A DNA stretch of 64,000 nucleotides, from contig JBHGNT010000009.1 in the NCBI GenBank assembly GCA_043228905.1, positions 11,222,001 to 11,286,000 on the forward strand. Reading direction: 5' to 3'. Numbering within the stretch: the first letter of the stretch is position 1; each line of letters begins with the position of its first letter. Made by a program: the position numbers and the translations under genes. This document shows, piece after piece, positions 35,535 through 47,200 of the stretch. Origin of the DNA: Azolla caroliniana (lineage: Eukaryota; Plantae; Polypodiophyta). Under the pieces are notes generated by a model. That model saw only the letters and a program-made list of their open reading frames with translations. It did no database searches and was not told the origin of the DNA.

Positions 35535-38500
35535 TGTCAACATAACAGTTCTGAAACCCAAGAGAGAGAAAGAAGCTATCAATTTTGTCATGCCAAGCTT
35601 TGGGAGCTTGCTTTAAGCCATACAAGGCTTTGTGTAACCTGTAGACCATGTTTTTTTTTCTGCTCTAAAATCTCGAAACCTAGAGGCTGTTCAACATAAA
35701 CCTCCTCTTTCAAGTCACCGTTAAGGAAGGCTGACTTGACATCCATTTGAAAAATGGTCCATTTGTTGTGAGCAGCAAGTGCAAGTGCACATCGGATAGA
35801 TGTATACCTTGCTGTTGGAGCAAAAGTTTCCTCATAATCCACTCCTTCAACATGTGAGTAGCCTTTTGCCACTAAACGTGCCTTGTGCTTATCCAAAGTA
35901 CAAGGCACGTTTGGTCTTGAAAATCCATTTCAATCCAATGACTTGTCGATGTGGAGGCCGTGGGACTAGCTCCCATGTATGATTCCGCTCAATGGAATCA
36001 AGTTCAACTTCCATTGCTGCTTTCCACTTTGGAAGAACAAGGGCCTCTTTTGCTGTTGTGGGTTCTTTTGATTGCACAACAGTGCACAATAAGGCAAAGT
36101 TGCATGAGTGAAGAGGCCATTGTGACTTACGTGTTCGAGAACTAGATGTATACTCATGAAGTTCAGCATCGGAGAGATGAGAATCACGAATGGTGGCTTG
36201 AAGCCACTTGGGAAGTGGTGGAAGCTGGTTTGTAGAGGGAGTGGAAACAAGTGGAGTTGAGGGAGAGGTTTGAATTGTTGGCGAAGTTAGAGATTGAGTA
36301 GGAGGAGATGGGGGGCTTGAAGATGAGACATCTTCGTCTAAAATAGGAGATTCCGGAGGAGCTTGGATTTCAACCATGAACTCAGGTAAAATCCTAGAGT
36401 CATCCGGCTGAGACTCCACAAAATGAACGTCCCTAGATATGACTAGGGACTTTGACTCTAAATCCCATAACCTGTATGCGTTAGATTGTGTGCTGTAATC
36501 AAGAAATTTGCATTTCTTGGTTTTGGACTCAAATTTCGTCCTTTTATGATCTGAAATGTGAACATAAGCATCACAACCAAAGACTTTAAAATGAGATACT
36601 GAGGGCTTTACACCTGTAAATGCTTCTTCAGGCGTCATTCTAGCAACTGCTTTTGTTGGGCAGCAGTTGATGATGTAGACTGCTGTGTTGACAGCTTCAC
36701 CCCAAAACGAGAGAGGAAGATTAGATTGAGATAGCATCGTACAAGCCATCTCTTGGACTGTCCGGTTCTTCCTTTCCACGACTCCATTTTGTTGAGGAGT
36801 ATTGGGTGTAGAAAATTGGCGAGCAATGCCTCGTTGAGAGCAGAAATGGTGGAAAGCTTTGGAGATAAACTCTCCACCATTGTCCGACCTGATCTTTCGA
36901 ACTTTCTTCGATGTCTCGTTCTCCACGAGAGCTACCCATTCTTGAAATTTTGCGAAGGCTTGGGATTTTTCTACAAGAAAATAAACCCAAACCTTGCGGG
37001 AGAAGTCATCAATTATAAGCATGAAGTAGCGTGCACCACTAAGAGTAGTGGTTTTCATGGGACCACAAAGATCCATGTGCACTAACTCCAAGATAGATGT
37101 TGCTCGGTGAGTGGCTTCATGAGGGAAAGGCTCTCGATGTTGCTTGCCATGAAGACAAGCAACACATGGGGTATTGGGAGATTTGAAAATAGGAAGACCC
37201 TCAACTAGTTGGGAGGAGGAGAGCTTTTGAAGAGAATCATAGTTGAGATGACCAAACCTAGCATGCCACAACGTGGGATCTTCTTGTGCCACCAAGGCAT
37301 GAGAGCCTTGAAGAAGATGAAGAAGATGAGATTTGGAGTTTTCCAAGGGGCTATGGGAGCTTTTTAGGCGATATAAACCCCCTTCTTGTGTGCCACTAGC
37401 TACAATTTGTAGGCTGTTGGTGTCAATCACTTCCAAAACTGAGCTATCAAAGTAGACTCCATAACCTTGCTTGGTGATTTTGTAAACCGAAAGTAGGTTG
37501 GTAGAGATGCGAGGCACATGTAGCACATCTTGAAGAACGACAGGTTCTTCACTTGAAGAATTGTCAAGAATCACATTACCCACACATGAAGCCTCAATGC
37601 TTGAGGCATCTCCTATAGAGATTTGGGAAGAGCTAGGCTTCACATCATGCAAAATGGATTTGTCATAGGTCATGTGTGAAGTGGCACCACTATCTACTAA
37701 CCACTCATCGATGGTTGAAGTAGTTGGTCCAGCCAAATGTGAAGTATGTTCCTCAATGCCAAGGAAAACTGTTTCTTTGGCTGAGTGGGCCGAGTTGGAT
37801 TTCGGTGTAGGTTGATTTCTGGTAGAAGAAGAGTTCTTAGCATTGTCCATTTTCTTTTTCCGACAATCTGGCTGAATGTGACCTTTGTAGCCACAATAAT
37901 GACAAGTGAGCTCCTTGTAAGCTGGGTTGTTTGGCGGTCTTGGATTGGGTTTGTTGTAGGAGTTACCATTTTGCTTCCACTTGCCTTTACTTGTCGCATG
38001 TAGAAGCGTCTCATTGGAAGTTTGAGCACTTTTCTTCCTTGTTGCCCTATCTTGTAGCATACCAAGAAATGTATTCATGTCAGGTGTGTTGGGAAGAAGA
38101 GAAATGGTGTCACAAAAGGCTGAGAATGACTCAGGCAACTTTATCATTAGACGATGCACAAACTCAACTTCAATGGACTTGCTTCCCAAAGAAACTAGTT
38201 CCTTTTGGAGAGTGACAAATTCCGTTATTTGATCCATGATGCTGGGAGTGTCATGAATCTTGAGATTTGCTAGTTGGCTTTCAATAGCTATCATTTGAGC
38301 ATGATTAGCTCGATGATACCTCCTTTTGATGGCTGTCCATAGTACATTGGCTGTCTCGTCATCTTTATCTTGAAATTGACGAGCGATGCTCGGTTTAATA
38401 TTAAACATGAGGAAAGCATGAGCACGAGAATCCTTATCTAGCCAAGCTTCAATCTCAGCGTTAGATGAGCCAGCAACTGATTTGGTTGAAGAGGATGAAG

Positions 38501-41500
38501 TTACTGGTGGTTTCTTGTCACTACCATTGACTACATTCCATAAACGATGGTATTGTAGCAAGGTCTTTATTTGTAGCTCCCAATCCAAGTAATTGTTCCC
38601 ATCCAAGATGGATTCTTTGGGGAGTTGGGGAATGGTTGATGAAACAATGGTGGCATGTGAGGCCATGGATATCCTCCTCTTGAGCTACAGCTGGACAATT
38701 TACAGCAGTTGTAAGTAGATACTCAGGGTCTTTCTACTTCTCCCTAGATGCTAGGTGAGGCTCAGATAAGGGGAAAAGAAAACAGAAGAGCCTCCTCTGT
38801 AGGGTTGGGAGGGAGGGATAAAAGAAGGTAGGTCTGTGTGCTCTTTGGCAAAAAAAAATCAGGCTGAGGATATGGAGACCTCACTGCTCTGATACCATGT
38901 GAGAAAAGCTGTTAATAACAGCAGCGGAAGACTTAAAACAAAATAGGCACAGCCAAGCTGTGAGAAGGCTGTTAGACAGCAGTAGAAAAAATGGTTGCAA
39001 AGAGTAGAGACACAGCCAAGGAATAGAGCTTGTTTTAAGTAGCAAAAAAGAAAATGAAAACTTATACAAAAGAGGCTGGTATAGCCTATTTATACAAAAT
39101 TGGGGAATGTGGGTGAAATGGCTGTTTGGTAGTTTAAGTGACTCTTGTACTACCAAACAGGTACAAAAAACTAGGAATATCTTGGAAAAGGTAGAAGAGA
39201 GAAAAGGCATTTAAAGCATTGCAGATTCTAGAGAGAGAAGGCATTTAAAGAGTTGCAGATTCTAGAGAGAGAAGAATCTGAGAAAAGAGAGAATGTAGTA
39301 CAGAGATAATAAATATGAAAGAGAGTGCAGGTCTGGAGCTGCCACCCTCCAACACTTGAAAGACATTAATATATCGTTTTTTTCCTACAAGAGCTGCACA
39401 TGCTTGACTTTCTCGTGAATATGCAACCCTTGGTGCACTTCAAAGAATGTGCACATATATTACTTCAAGAACCACAAACTAAATTATGGTTATTTGATAA
39501 ACTTGTGACACCAACACTTCTTTATGGTGTAGAAATTATGGGGACTGAACCTTCATAGGGCATATAACTGAGAATTTGTTGAAATATTTAGTCTCAATGT
39601 TTTCCTTCAGGATAAGGAGCAAAGCATCAGTTCCCCATGATATAATTTGGAGGGGTATAAGAGTAGCCCCAATAGTGACCGAGGTATCATTCCTATCAGT
39701 GATCCGTTTCCAATGGAGATTTGGTGTTCCCTAAGCAAAGGTGTGCAACATTTGGCACTTATGTCATAATAACAACTTGCTGAACACAGAGGTAAGTCAA
39801 CTCGTGGAAATGCAAGAATGGTGTCAGCCACATGGTATAAGTATCAATGCACTACCCCCATTTCAATACAATGTCCATACTTGAACATGGTATAAGACTT
39901 GAACAGACTCACACCTGAAGTAGAAAGTTCCGGTTTTTCTTGGCTGGTTGACGAACTTCACCCTTGGAGTTTTGTGCTCCTTGGTTGAGCGCTAAAGCAT
40001 ATTCTCCTCTTAGAGACTAAATTATTGCTCTTGATCACAGTCCTGTTGCTGGATTCTGTAATCGATACCTAAACTTGGCATTTGGGTCCAAAGAAATGGA
40101 AAATGCATTTCCTCAATGTTGGATCAGACTTCTATTGAAGGTCCGTTGGCATGTGGACGTATGTTTCACAGTTAAATGTGTACAGGTGATTGTAGTGTGG
40201 CACTTTCTTAGCCCAAAGCTCCTACATTACATTGAAGCATTTTGATTTGCTCCGGGGAAGGTCTACAATATGCTATGATTAAATTTGCAAAATGGAAGAA
40301 CATGGATCAGTCCCACAATATCTATTGATAGGAAAATGGGCCATTATAAGGCACTCTTTTTACACACGTCACAGGATGGGTACTTCATCATTTCTTGTAA
40401 TATGGATACACAATCTCTCTAATGTGCTCTGTAATGTGATAGGGTTACTCAGGCCTTCTTAACCTTAGTTATGGATTGAGATTGATAGATATGCATTCAT
40501 ATCTATGGAAGAAGGAATGCCAGTTGTGCCATCAGGGGTTGAAATCGGAAGAACATAATGTTCTTCCGATTTCATTGCAATATGATAGGGCTGCTCAGGC
40601 CTTCTTAATCTTAGTTATAGATTGAGATAGGCAGATATGCACGCATATCTATGGAAGAAGGAATCTGCCAGTTGTGCCATCAGGGGCTGAAATGAGAAGA
40701 ACGTTATGATGGAAAACATAATGTTCTTCCGATTTCACTGCAATATGATAGGGATGCTCAGGCCTTCTTAATGTTAGCTACAGGTTGAGATAGGCAGATA
40801 TGCACGCATATCTATGGAAGGAGGAGTCTGCCGGTTGTGCCATCAGAGGTTGAAATCGGAAGAACATTATGATGGAAAACATAATGTTCTTCTGATGTCA
40901 CTGCAATATGATAGGGCCACCCAGGCCTTCTTAATCTTAGTTACAGATTGAGATAGGCAGATATGTATGCATATCTATTGAAGAAGGTATCTGCCAATCA
41001 TGCCATGAGGGAGTAAAATCAGAACAACGTTACGTTTTCCATCATGTTGTTGTTTATGAAATAAGAGGGGTAGGTACTATTACCTTTTCAAACAAGGCTT
41101 TGGCTCACTGTGGAAGGTAATGAGTATGAAGACCAATGGTGGATTGGACCATGCTTGTTAGAACTCAAGAGACACAAAGAAGTTGTGGAATGGCTCATTA
41201 ATAGAGAACAATCATGACATTCTGTAGCTCCTCACCTCATGCTACAAGTCAATCAAGGTTACACAAGTGCGGTCTGGACCAAAACACTTGGAAGGCTACT
41301 CTTGAAGTTTCAGTTCAAGTTCAGAATCTTAAGTGCTTGAGTAAATGGATTCTTTACCCTATTTAGTTATATTTATTGTGGTTTGTTGCTCTAAAAAGAA
41401 GAGACAGCATTTTAATATGTGTTTTCTTGTTCAGTCTCATAGGCCATTATGGCCTCGTGAATGACGTTAATATTTCTTTCCTTTCGTTCTTTCAACCACC

Positions 41501-43157
41501 CCATACAGTGACCACAGCCAAAGGGTCAGTTGTCACTTCTTCACGTCAACTTCACTCGAGCCGTATTGAAGCTAAAGCCAAAGCACAAACAAACAGATTA
41601 TGTGAACATAAGTGTTCTTATCCTCGATTTGTTCTATGAGGCTTCAATCTACCATTTTCAACATATACATTATTTCACACAAGCGTTACGTCAAATTTTA
41701 AACTCATTTAGAGTAGTTGGGTGCGTTTCTGACTCTCTTGTGTGTTGATTACAGTGGAAGATGACTGCTAGTCTGAGATCAAGTTATGTATGATGTTGCA
41801 GTTGTTGACACTTAAACATCGCAGAGTGAACACTCGATTCATAAGTTCTGTGTTTTCGTTCACGCTTCATTTAATAAAATCATAATTCCCATTTGGCCTT
41901 CGCTTTTCAAAGTCCTTTTTATGTTCTTACGTTCTAACTCCTGGTTTATCTTGCACTGGTGTATGATTTTGTCACTTAGTATTACTATTAATAGAGTTTA
42001 GCTTCACATCAACTCACTGTTCAATTAAAATGCAATGGATGATATCAGGAAAATATCAATATAAATTTCATGTTATTGCATTGTTGTATTGTTTTATGTG
42101 TGTTATTGATTGATAGTCTTATTTATAACTTGTAATTTCAAGGGTTGCAACTTGCAAGGATTCAGTACAATATTTTTTTCTTCAGATAGATGGGGCTCAG
42201 AGGAGGTTAGAGTGGATGGAATGCGAAGAACGCATCGATCTTGATGCATTACGGACAAGGGATCCCATCTTATTTTATGATGAGGTATACATACATACAC
42301 TAGTTTCTAATCTTTCTTAAAGTTGGGTACTAAGAGCAGTTATCTTGTTCATCCAACCATTCACTTTTACAAATTCGGTTGGTCTATTATGACTATTCAT
42401 CCAACTGTCCAACCATGTAACAGTGGTAAATTGAGCTCGGAATATTTGAACCCACTTTTGAGATACAATCACGATGTAAATTTGTGTTAGTTATTTTTCC
42501 GTTTTCTGTGAACTTTATTTATTTTATAACATGTGAATTATTAGGTGATTCTCTATGAAGATGAACTTGCAGACAATGGGGTGTCACTACTCACAGCTAA
42601 AGTGGTATGAAGTTGATTATTTAATCCCAAGATTTTGTTTTGGAAGTTAGCAATCTGTTGATGTCAAGATATGCTTCAATGCAGAGAGTCATGCCAAGCT
42701 GTTGGTTTATTTTATTGCGCTTTTGGGTAACATTCATATTACTACGTTTCATGATCTATTTGTAGTAAGTAGATTCATAATGTTGAGCCAAGTTTCAATG
42801 CAATACTAATTTTAATACAGCTTAGGATTGATGGCGTACTAATGCGATTGAGAGATACTCGCATGTATTCAAGCTTCCAGTACTGCACCCATCCACATCC
42901 GATTGTGCTGAGGGAGCGTTGCATAAAAGAAGGAAAGATCAAAGAATTAGCATCTGTAAGGATTCCAGTTTGTGTTGTGTGACTTGGTGCACGGGTATTT
43001 TTTAAATTTTCGTTTGTGCTGAAATTTTGTTGTTGTTGACCAGATGGGGCTCCCACCAGATACCCTAGCTGACAAAGATGGGAATTTAATTTATGACAAG
43101 CTGCCAGTATTGAAAGAGTACATTGAGAAGCTCATCATAAACGCAAAAGAAGTTTAG
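29648..43157 (+). CDS. TIP41: TIP41-like (TIPRL family) PP2A/TOR-pathway regulator, 303 aa; exons 29648-29829, 31692-31877, 31982-32075, 42186-42284, 42545-42604, 42685-42726, 42821-42955, 43044-43157
   Basis: All introns are GT-AG and the spliced length is 912 nt in frame. Conserved motifs: [87 protein letters not shown]. Confidence 0.95.
32610..34470 (-). mobile_element. Old copia RT-RNase H fragment in TIP41 intron 3
   Basis: [45 protein letters not shown] motifs; heavily frameshifted. Confidence 0.8.
35446..35530. repeat. (TA)n(GA)n compound microsatellite at the RT deletion point of element C
   Basis: Directly visible. Confidence 0.95.
35889..38666 (-). CDS. Copia gag-protease-integrase polyprotein (925 aa open), frameshifted at the start of RT
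   Basis: [66 protein letters not shown]; RT continues in another frame at 35588-35908. Confidence 0.9.
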   Translation of the reverse strand: MASHATIVSSTIPQLPKESILDGNNYLDWELQIKTLLQYHRLWNVVNGSDKKPPVTSSSSTKSVAGSSNAEIEAWLDKDSRAHAFLMFNIKPSIARQFQDKDDETANVLWTAIKRRYHRANHAQMIAIESQLANLKIHDTPSIMDQITEFVTLQKELVSLGSKSIEVEFVHRLMIKLPESFSAFCDTISLLPNTPDMNTFLGMLQDRATRKKSAQTSNETLLHATSKGKWKQNGNSYNKPNPRPPNNPAYKELTCHYCGYKGHIQPDCRKKKMDNAKNSSSTRNQPTPKSNSAHSAKETVFLGIEEHTSHLAGPTTSTIDEWLVDSGATSHMTYDKSILHDVKPSSSQISIGDASSIEASCVGNVILDNSSSEEPVVLQDVLHVPRISTNLLSVYKITKQGYGVYFDSSVLEVIDTNSLQIVASGTQEGGLYRLKSSHSPLENSKSHLLHLLQGSHALVAQEDPTLWHARFGHLNYDSLQKLSSSQLVEGLPIFKSPNTPCVACLHGKQHREPFPHEATHRATSILELVHMDLCGPMKTTTLSGARYFMLIIDDFSRKVWVYFLVEKSQAFAKFQEWVALVENETSKKVRKIRSDNGGEFISKAFHHFCSQRGIARQFSTPNTPQQNGVVERKNRTVQEMACTMLSQSNLPLSFWGEAVNTAVYIINCCPTKAVARMTPEEAFTGVKPSVSHFKVFGCDAYVHISDHKRTKFESKTKKCKFLDYSTQSNAYRLWDLESKSLVISRDVHFVESQPDDSRILPEFMVEIQAPPESPILDEDVSSSSPPSPPTQSLTSPTIQTSPSTPLVSTPSTNQLPPLPKWLQATIRDSHLSDAELHEYTSSSRTRKSQWPLHSCNFALLCTVVQSKEPTTAKEALVLPKWKAAMEVELDSIERNHTWELVPRPPHRQVIGLKWIFKTKRALYFG
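39380..41480 (+). mobile_element. Decayed non-LTR (LINE) 3' fragment with a tandemly amplified Cys/His segment
   Basis: [16 protein letters not shown] at about 39490; [21 protein letters not shown] repeats; tail motifs TGCTACAAGTCAATCAA and ATAGGCCAT..GGCCTC also occur at 34481-34933, suggesting a second short 3' copy. Confidence 0.6.
40435..41040 (+). repeat. Tandem repeat of about 4 units (146, 163, 163 bp and a partial unit) with fold-back junctions
   Basis: Units start at 40435, 40581, 40744 and 40907 (TRTGATAGGG). Confidence 0.9.
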
Positions 43158-44213
43158 AAAAAAGAATCAATGAGTGTTTATGAAGTTCAAATTCTTTACT
43201 TGATGAGATCATCAATGCAACGCCTCCAGAATTTGAAGTGATCAGGCAAAAGCTAATCACAGGCACATTTATCTGCTCTGGAAATATTCAAACTTGTGTT
43301 TCAGTCTCATCATAAGTGGTGTACGCTTGCTGTATGCTGTACTCTACAGGGCGAGATTAATTTACTAGTGAATGGTACTAAAGGTTCAAAAGGCTCTGAC
43401 GTAATCATTGGTTATTGGAAAAAGTGCCCTTCCTATTTTAGGCTGGAAAATTAATTAAAAAGATTCTTGGTAAGAAATCTGTGGTAATATGAAATCAAAG
43501 CTGACCATTTCCTGTATAACCAGGATAAATGAATCAGATCGTTAGGTCTCCATATAGTACAAAGTTATGTTGTTTTATTTGATCTACATCATAAACTAAA
43601 GGATGATTTGCCATTAAACATGCCTTCTCCTTTCCAAAAATGTTTATAGTGATGTTACCTTCGTAGTAGAACCAGATGTCTCTCAGGTAGAGATATTGAA
43701 GTTGTCAATATAGAAAATGCGTATGGACTCTGTTCTCTATATCATAGGAGCAGCTGTTCTCTTAGAAGAATGATTGAATTTGGTGTCTTATGGAAGTACG
43801 TCCTTCAAATGGAAATATTTGCTGTGAAATGTGAAAAAGTTATCCCAAAACACAGATTTTGTACATATTTTTCATGAATGTTTTTCTGTAGTTGAGTTTC
43901 CCATTGCTTATTTAAATATTTAATGCAATGAAAGTTGTAAATTTTCTTGAGCTTTGGATAGACTCACATGCAACAATTTTGATGGTCTTGTGTGATAGTC
44001 TGCAATGGTATGTGGCCATTTTTATGGTTTACAATATTATACAATTGATCAACCTTATGTGTGTGATTTGCCATATGTTGCAACACAAGCAATAATATAG
44101 AGCTGTATGCAACTTCTTCCCATTATTCATCACATCATAGCATTTGAAGTGATGGGCACTTTACTAATGCCAAAGCAATGCTGCCAATAAGCAAATAATA
44201 GATGTTGCATATT

Positions 44214-47200
44214 TTAGTCTGCATCCCTGGTCTCAGCATAAATATTTGCCATTAAAACAAAGGCTGCAGAATTCATCTTGCTAACATCTGTGGCCCACTC
44301 AAAAATCAGTTTACCAGCTTCAAGGTTTCCTAATTTTCTGCTGGCGGCAAGAAGATTTATCCAGCCTATACCCTGTGTTTGTAAAGGCATTTCTTGCATC
44401 AACAATGATGCTTCTTCAAGTCTACCAGCTCGGCCAAGGACATTGACCATGCAATCCCTGTGCTTATCACTTGAAGAATTTTCTCTACACAAGGAATAAA
44501 AATACTCTTGGCCTTTACCTACAAAGCCATCATGATCACAACCAATTAGTAGGTTAAGAAAAGTTGATTCATCAGGTCTGATTCCCTCTTCCTTCATTCT
44601 TTCAAACAAATATATAACTAAATCACTCTGCCCATGGCGAGCATACCCATTTGACAATGCATTCAAAGCCACAATATCTACTTTTGATATTGTATTGAAC
44701 AGTACTTGGGCATCAATCATGCACCCACATTTAGCGTACATGTCAAGGAGGGCAGTTGTAAACATTGCATCACCTTCAAAATTTAGCTTCATTTGAGCAT
44801 GAATTCTTCTACCAGCCTCCAATGCGCTTATACTTCCATATGCTTTCAATAAGCTCATGATAGTTACCTCATTTGGAGCTACCCCTTCTTCTTGCATTTC
44901 CTTGTATAGCGAAAATGCTGTATCGATTTCACCGTTATCAACACATCCAGATATCACAGAACTCCATGATACAACATCTCGGAGCTGAGGCTGCTCATCT
45001 AATAGGTCTAAAGCTTCCAATATTGCACCACATTTAGCATACATATCAATCAAAGTATTGTTTACATAGATGTCACTTTCCAGTTCCTCTTTCATGGCTT
45101 CCATATGTATTTCTCGGCCTATCCCTAGGGCTCCTATGTCACCACAAGCTTTTAATATGGGGAATAACGTAATGGCATTTGGAGAGACACCGTCGAGTTG
45201 CATTTTATTATAACAGCAAAGTGCATGCTCAGCCAACCCCAGGTCAACAAAGCCTTCAATAAGTCCACTCCATGATACAACGTCTCGAACTGACAACATG
45301 CTCAATATCTCTTCTGCTTCAAATAATTGACCACATTTTGCATAGAGATGTACTAATGCACCGCCTACTATAGGGTTATCCTGAAACCCTACTTTCATGA
45401 TATAGCTATGCGCCTCTCTTCCTTTCTTGATGGATCCAATGTTGCTGCAAGCTTTTAGGATGCACAAGATGACATCAACATCTGCATATATTCCCTCTAA
45501 CTGCATTTGTTCGGAATGCTTCAATGCTTCTGATGCAAGGCCATTTACTGTATAGCCTGAGATGAGGATAGACCATGTCACTGCTGTCCGAACTGGAAAA
45601 GCATCAAAGAGATGTTGTGCTTCAATAAGGTAGCCACATCTACAATACATATCAAGCAAAATGCTTCCGATAAACGCATCTCTTTCAAACCCTAGTTCTA
45701 CTATGTATGTGTGGATCTTTTGGCCTTCATTTCTATATCCAGCATAGCAACATGCTTTCAAGACGTTGACGAGTGTGCTTTCATTGGGAGCAATGCCTTC
45801 ATTTCTTATATTTTCTAAGAAACCGAGTGCTTCATCATATAGCTCATTTCCAACATACGCATCGATCAATGTGTTCCATGCCACTACATCTCGAACAAAA
45901 AGCTCGTTGAACACATCACAAGCTTCCATTAGCAAACCACCTTTGGCATACATATCCAGTAAAGTATTGCAAACTAAAAGAGATCTTTCAAACCCCTCTT
46001 TGATTACTTCAGCATGGATTTCCCTCCCCTTTGCCATGTCTTTTATAGCAGCACATGCTTTCAACCCACAAACACATGCAACTGAATCAAGCCTAGCCTT
46101 ATCCACTTGCATATCACAGAGAGTACCTAATGCTTCTTGCATAAATCCATGTTCAGCATATGCTACAAGCATGATAGTCCATGTAACAGTATCTCGGCCA
46201 TTCATCTCATCAAAGACTTTCTGAGCCTCCATAAGTGAACCACATTTAGAATACATGGTTATTAGAGCACTAGCAACAGTGGGTTCTCCAAATCCATACT
46301 TCTCAACCTCTAAATGAAGCCGTGTTCCATGGTCTAAGTCTCTGAGATCTCCACAAGCTTTCAGGGAGTAAACAAACACGGTTGGGTTCAACAGAAAAAG
46401 ACCGTCTGAATCCAATTGTTTTTTGCAATCTAATACTCTATTGCTCAATCCACTTTTCGAATATGCTGCCATCAAAGCGATTGATGACTCAACATCTGGG
46501 ACCGGTAATGCTTTTACTACTGCCTCTGCATCTACAAAGCCTTTCCAAGAGGTGTATATATCTACTAAGCTCTCGATGAGAAATGTCTCCATTTCACATC
46601 CCTTCGCGATGAGCATGTGGTGGAAAAACTTAGCTCTAGCATAGTCACCTGTGCTTACGCAAGCTTTCAAGATATGTCTAAAAGTCGTCGCATCAAGAGA
46701 AATACCTTCAATCTCCATGGATTTAAGGCAGAGTATTGCTTCTTCACCAATGTTTTGCTCGACATACAATGAAATGAGTGTGTTCCAAAGGTAGATATCT
46801 CTAATGGGTGCCTGGTTGAATACCGAGCGAGCATCAATTAGCAGACCACATTTTCCATACAACGCCACTAATGCATTAGTTAAAAAGAGTTCATTTATAT
46901 CATGATGATAATGGCCTTCCTTAATCATCTTAGAGTGAATGTTTTGGCCCATCTCGAGCTTAGAAAAGCTACCACAAAAGCTTAACAAATGCATGAAAGT
47001 GTGTCTACTTGGTTGGACACCATCTTGCTCCATTTGATCTAGGAGAGTGAATGCTTGTAAGGAGCAGAATTCTACGTGGGTATATGCTTTGATGAGTGAA
47101 GTCCATGAATGCTCACTTCTGATGTGTAAGCTATGGAAGGCTTGCTCAGCAGCAGCAAGGGAGCCACAATCCACAAAGAGAGGGACAAGGTGATTCTTCA

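Larger units (their letters stand above)
34934..39354 (-). mobile_element. Young Ty1/copia element C in TIP41 intron 3, internally deleted; TSD CTTGA
   Basis: LTRs at 34934-35366 and 38898-39354 look identical apart from a 24-bp indel; PBS TGGTATCAGAGC (tRNA-iMet) at 38886-38897; PPT AAGAGGAGG; CTTGA at 34929-34933 and 39355-39359. Confidence 0.97.
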
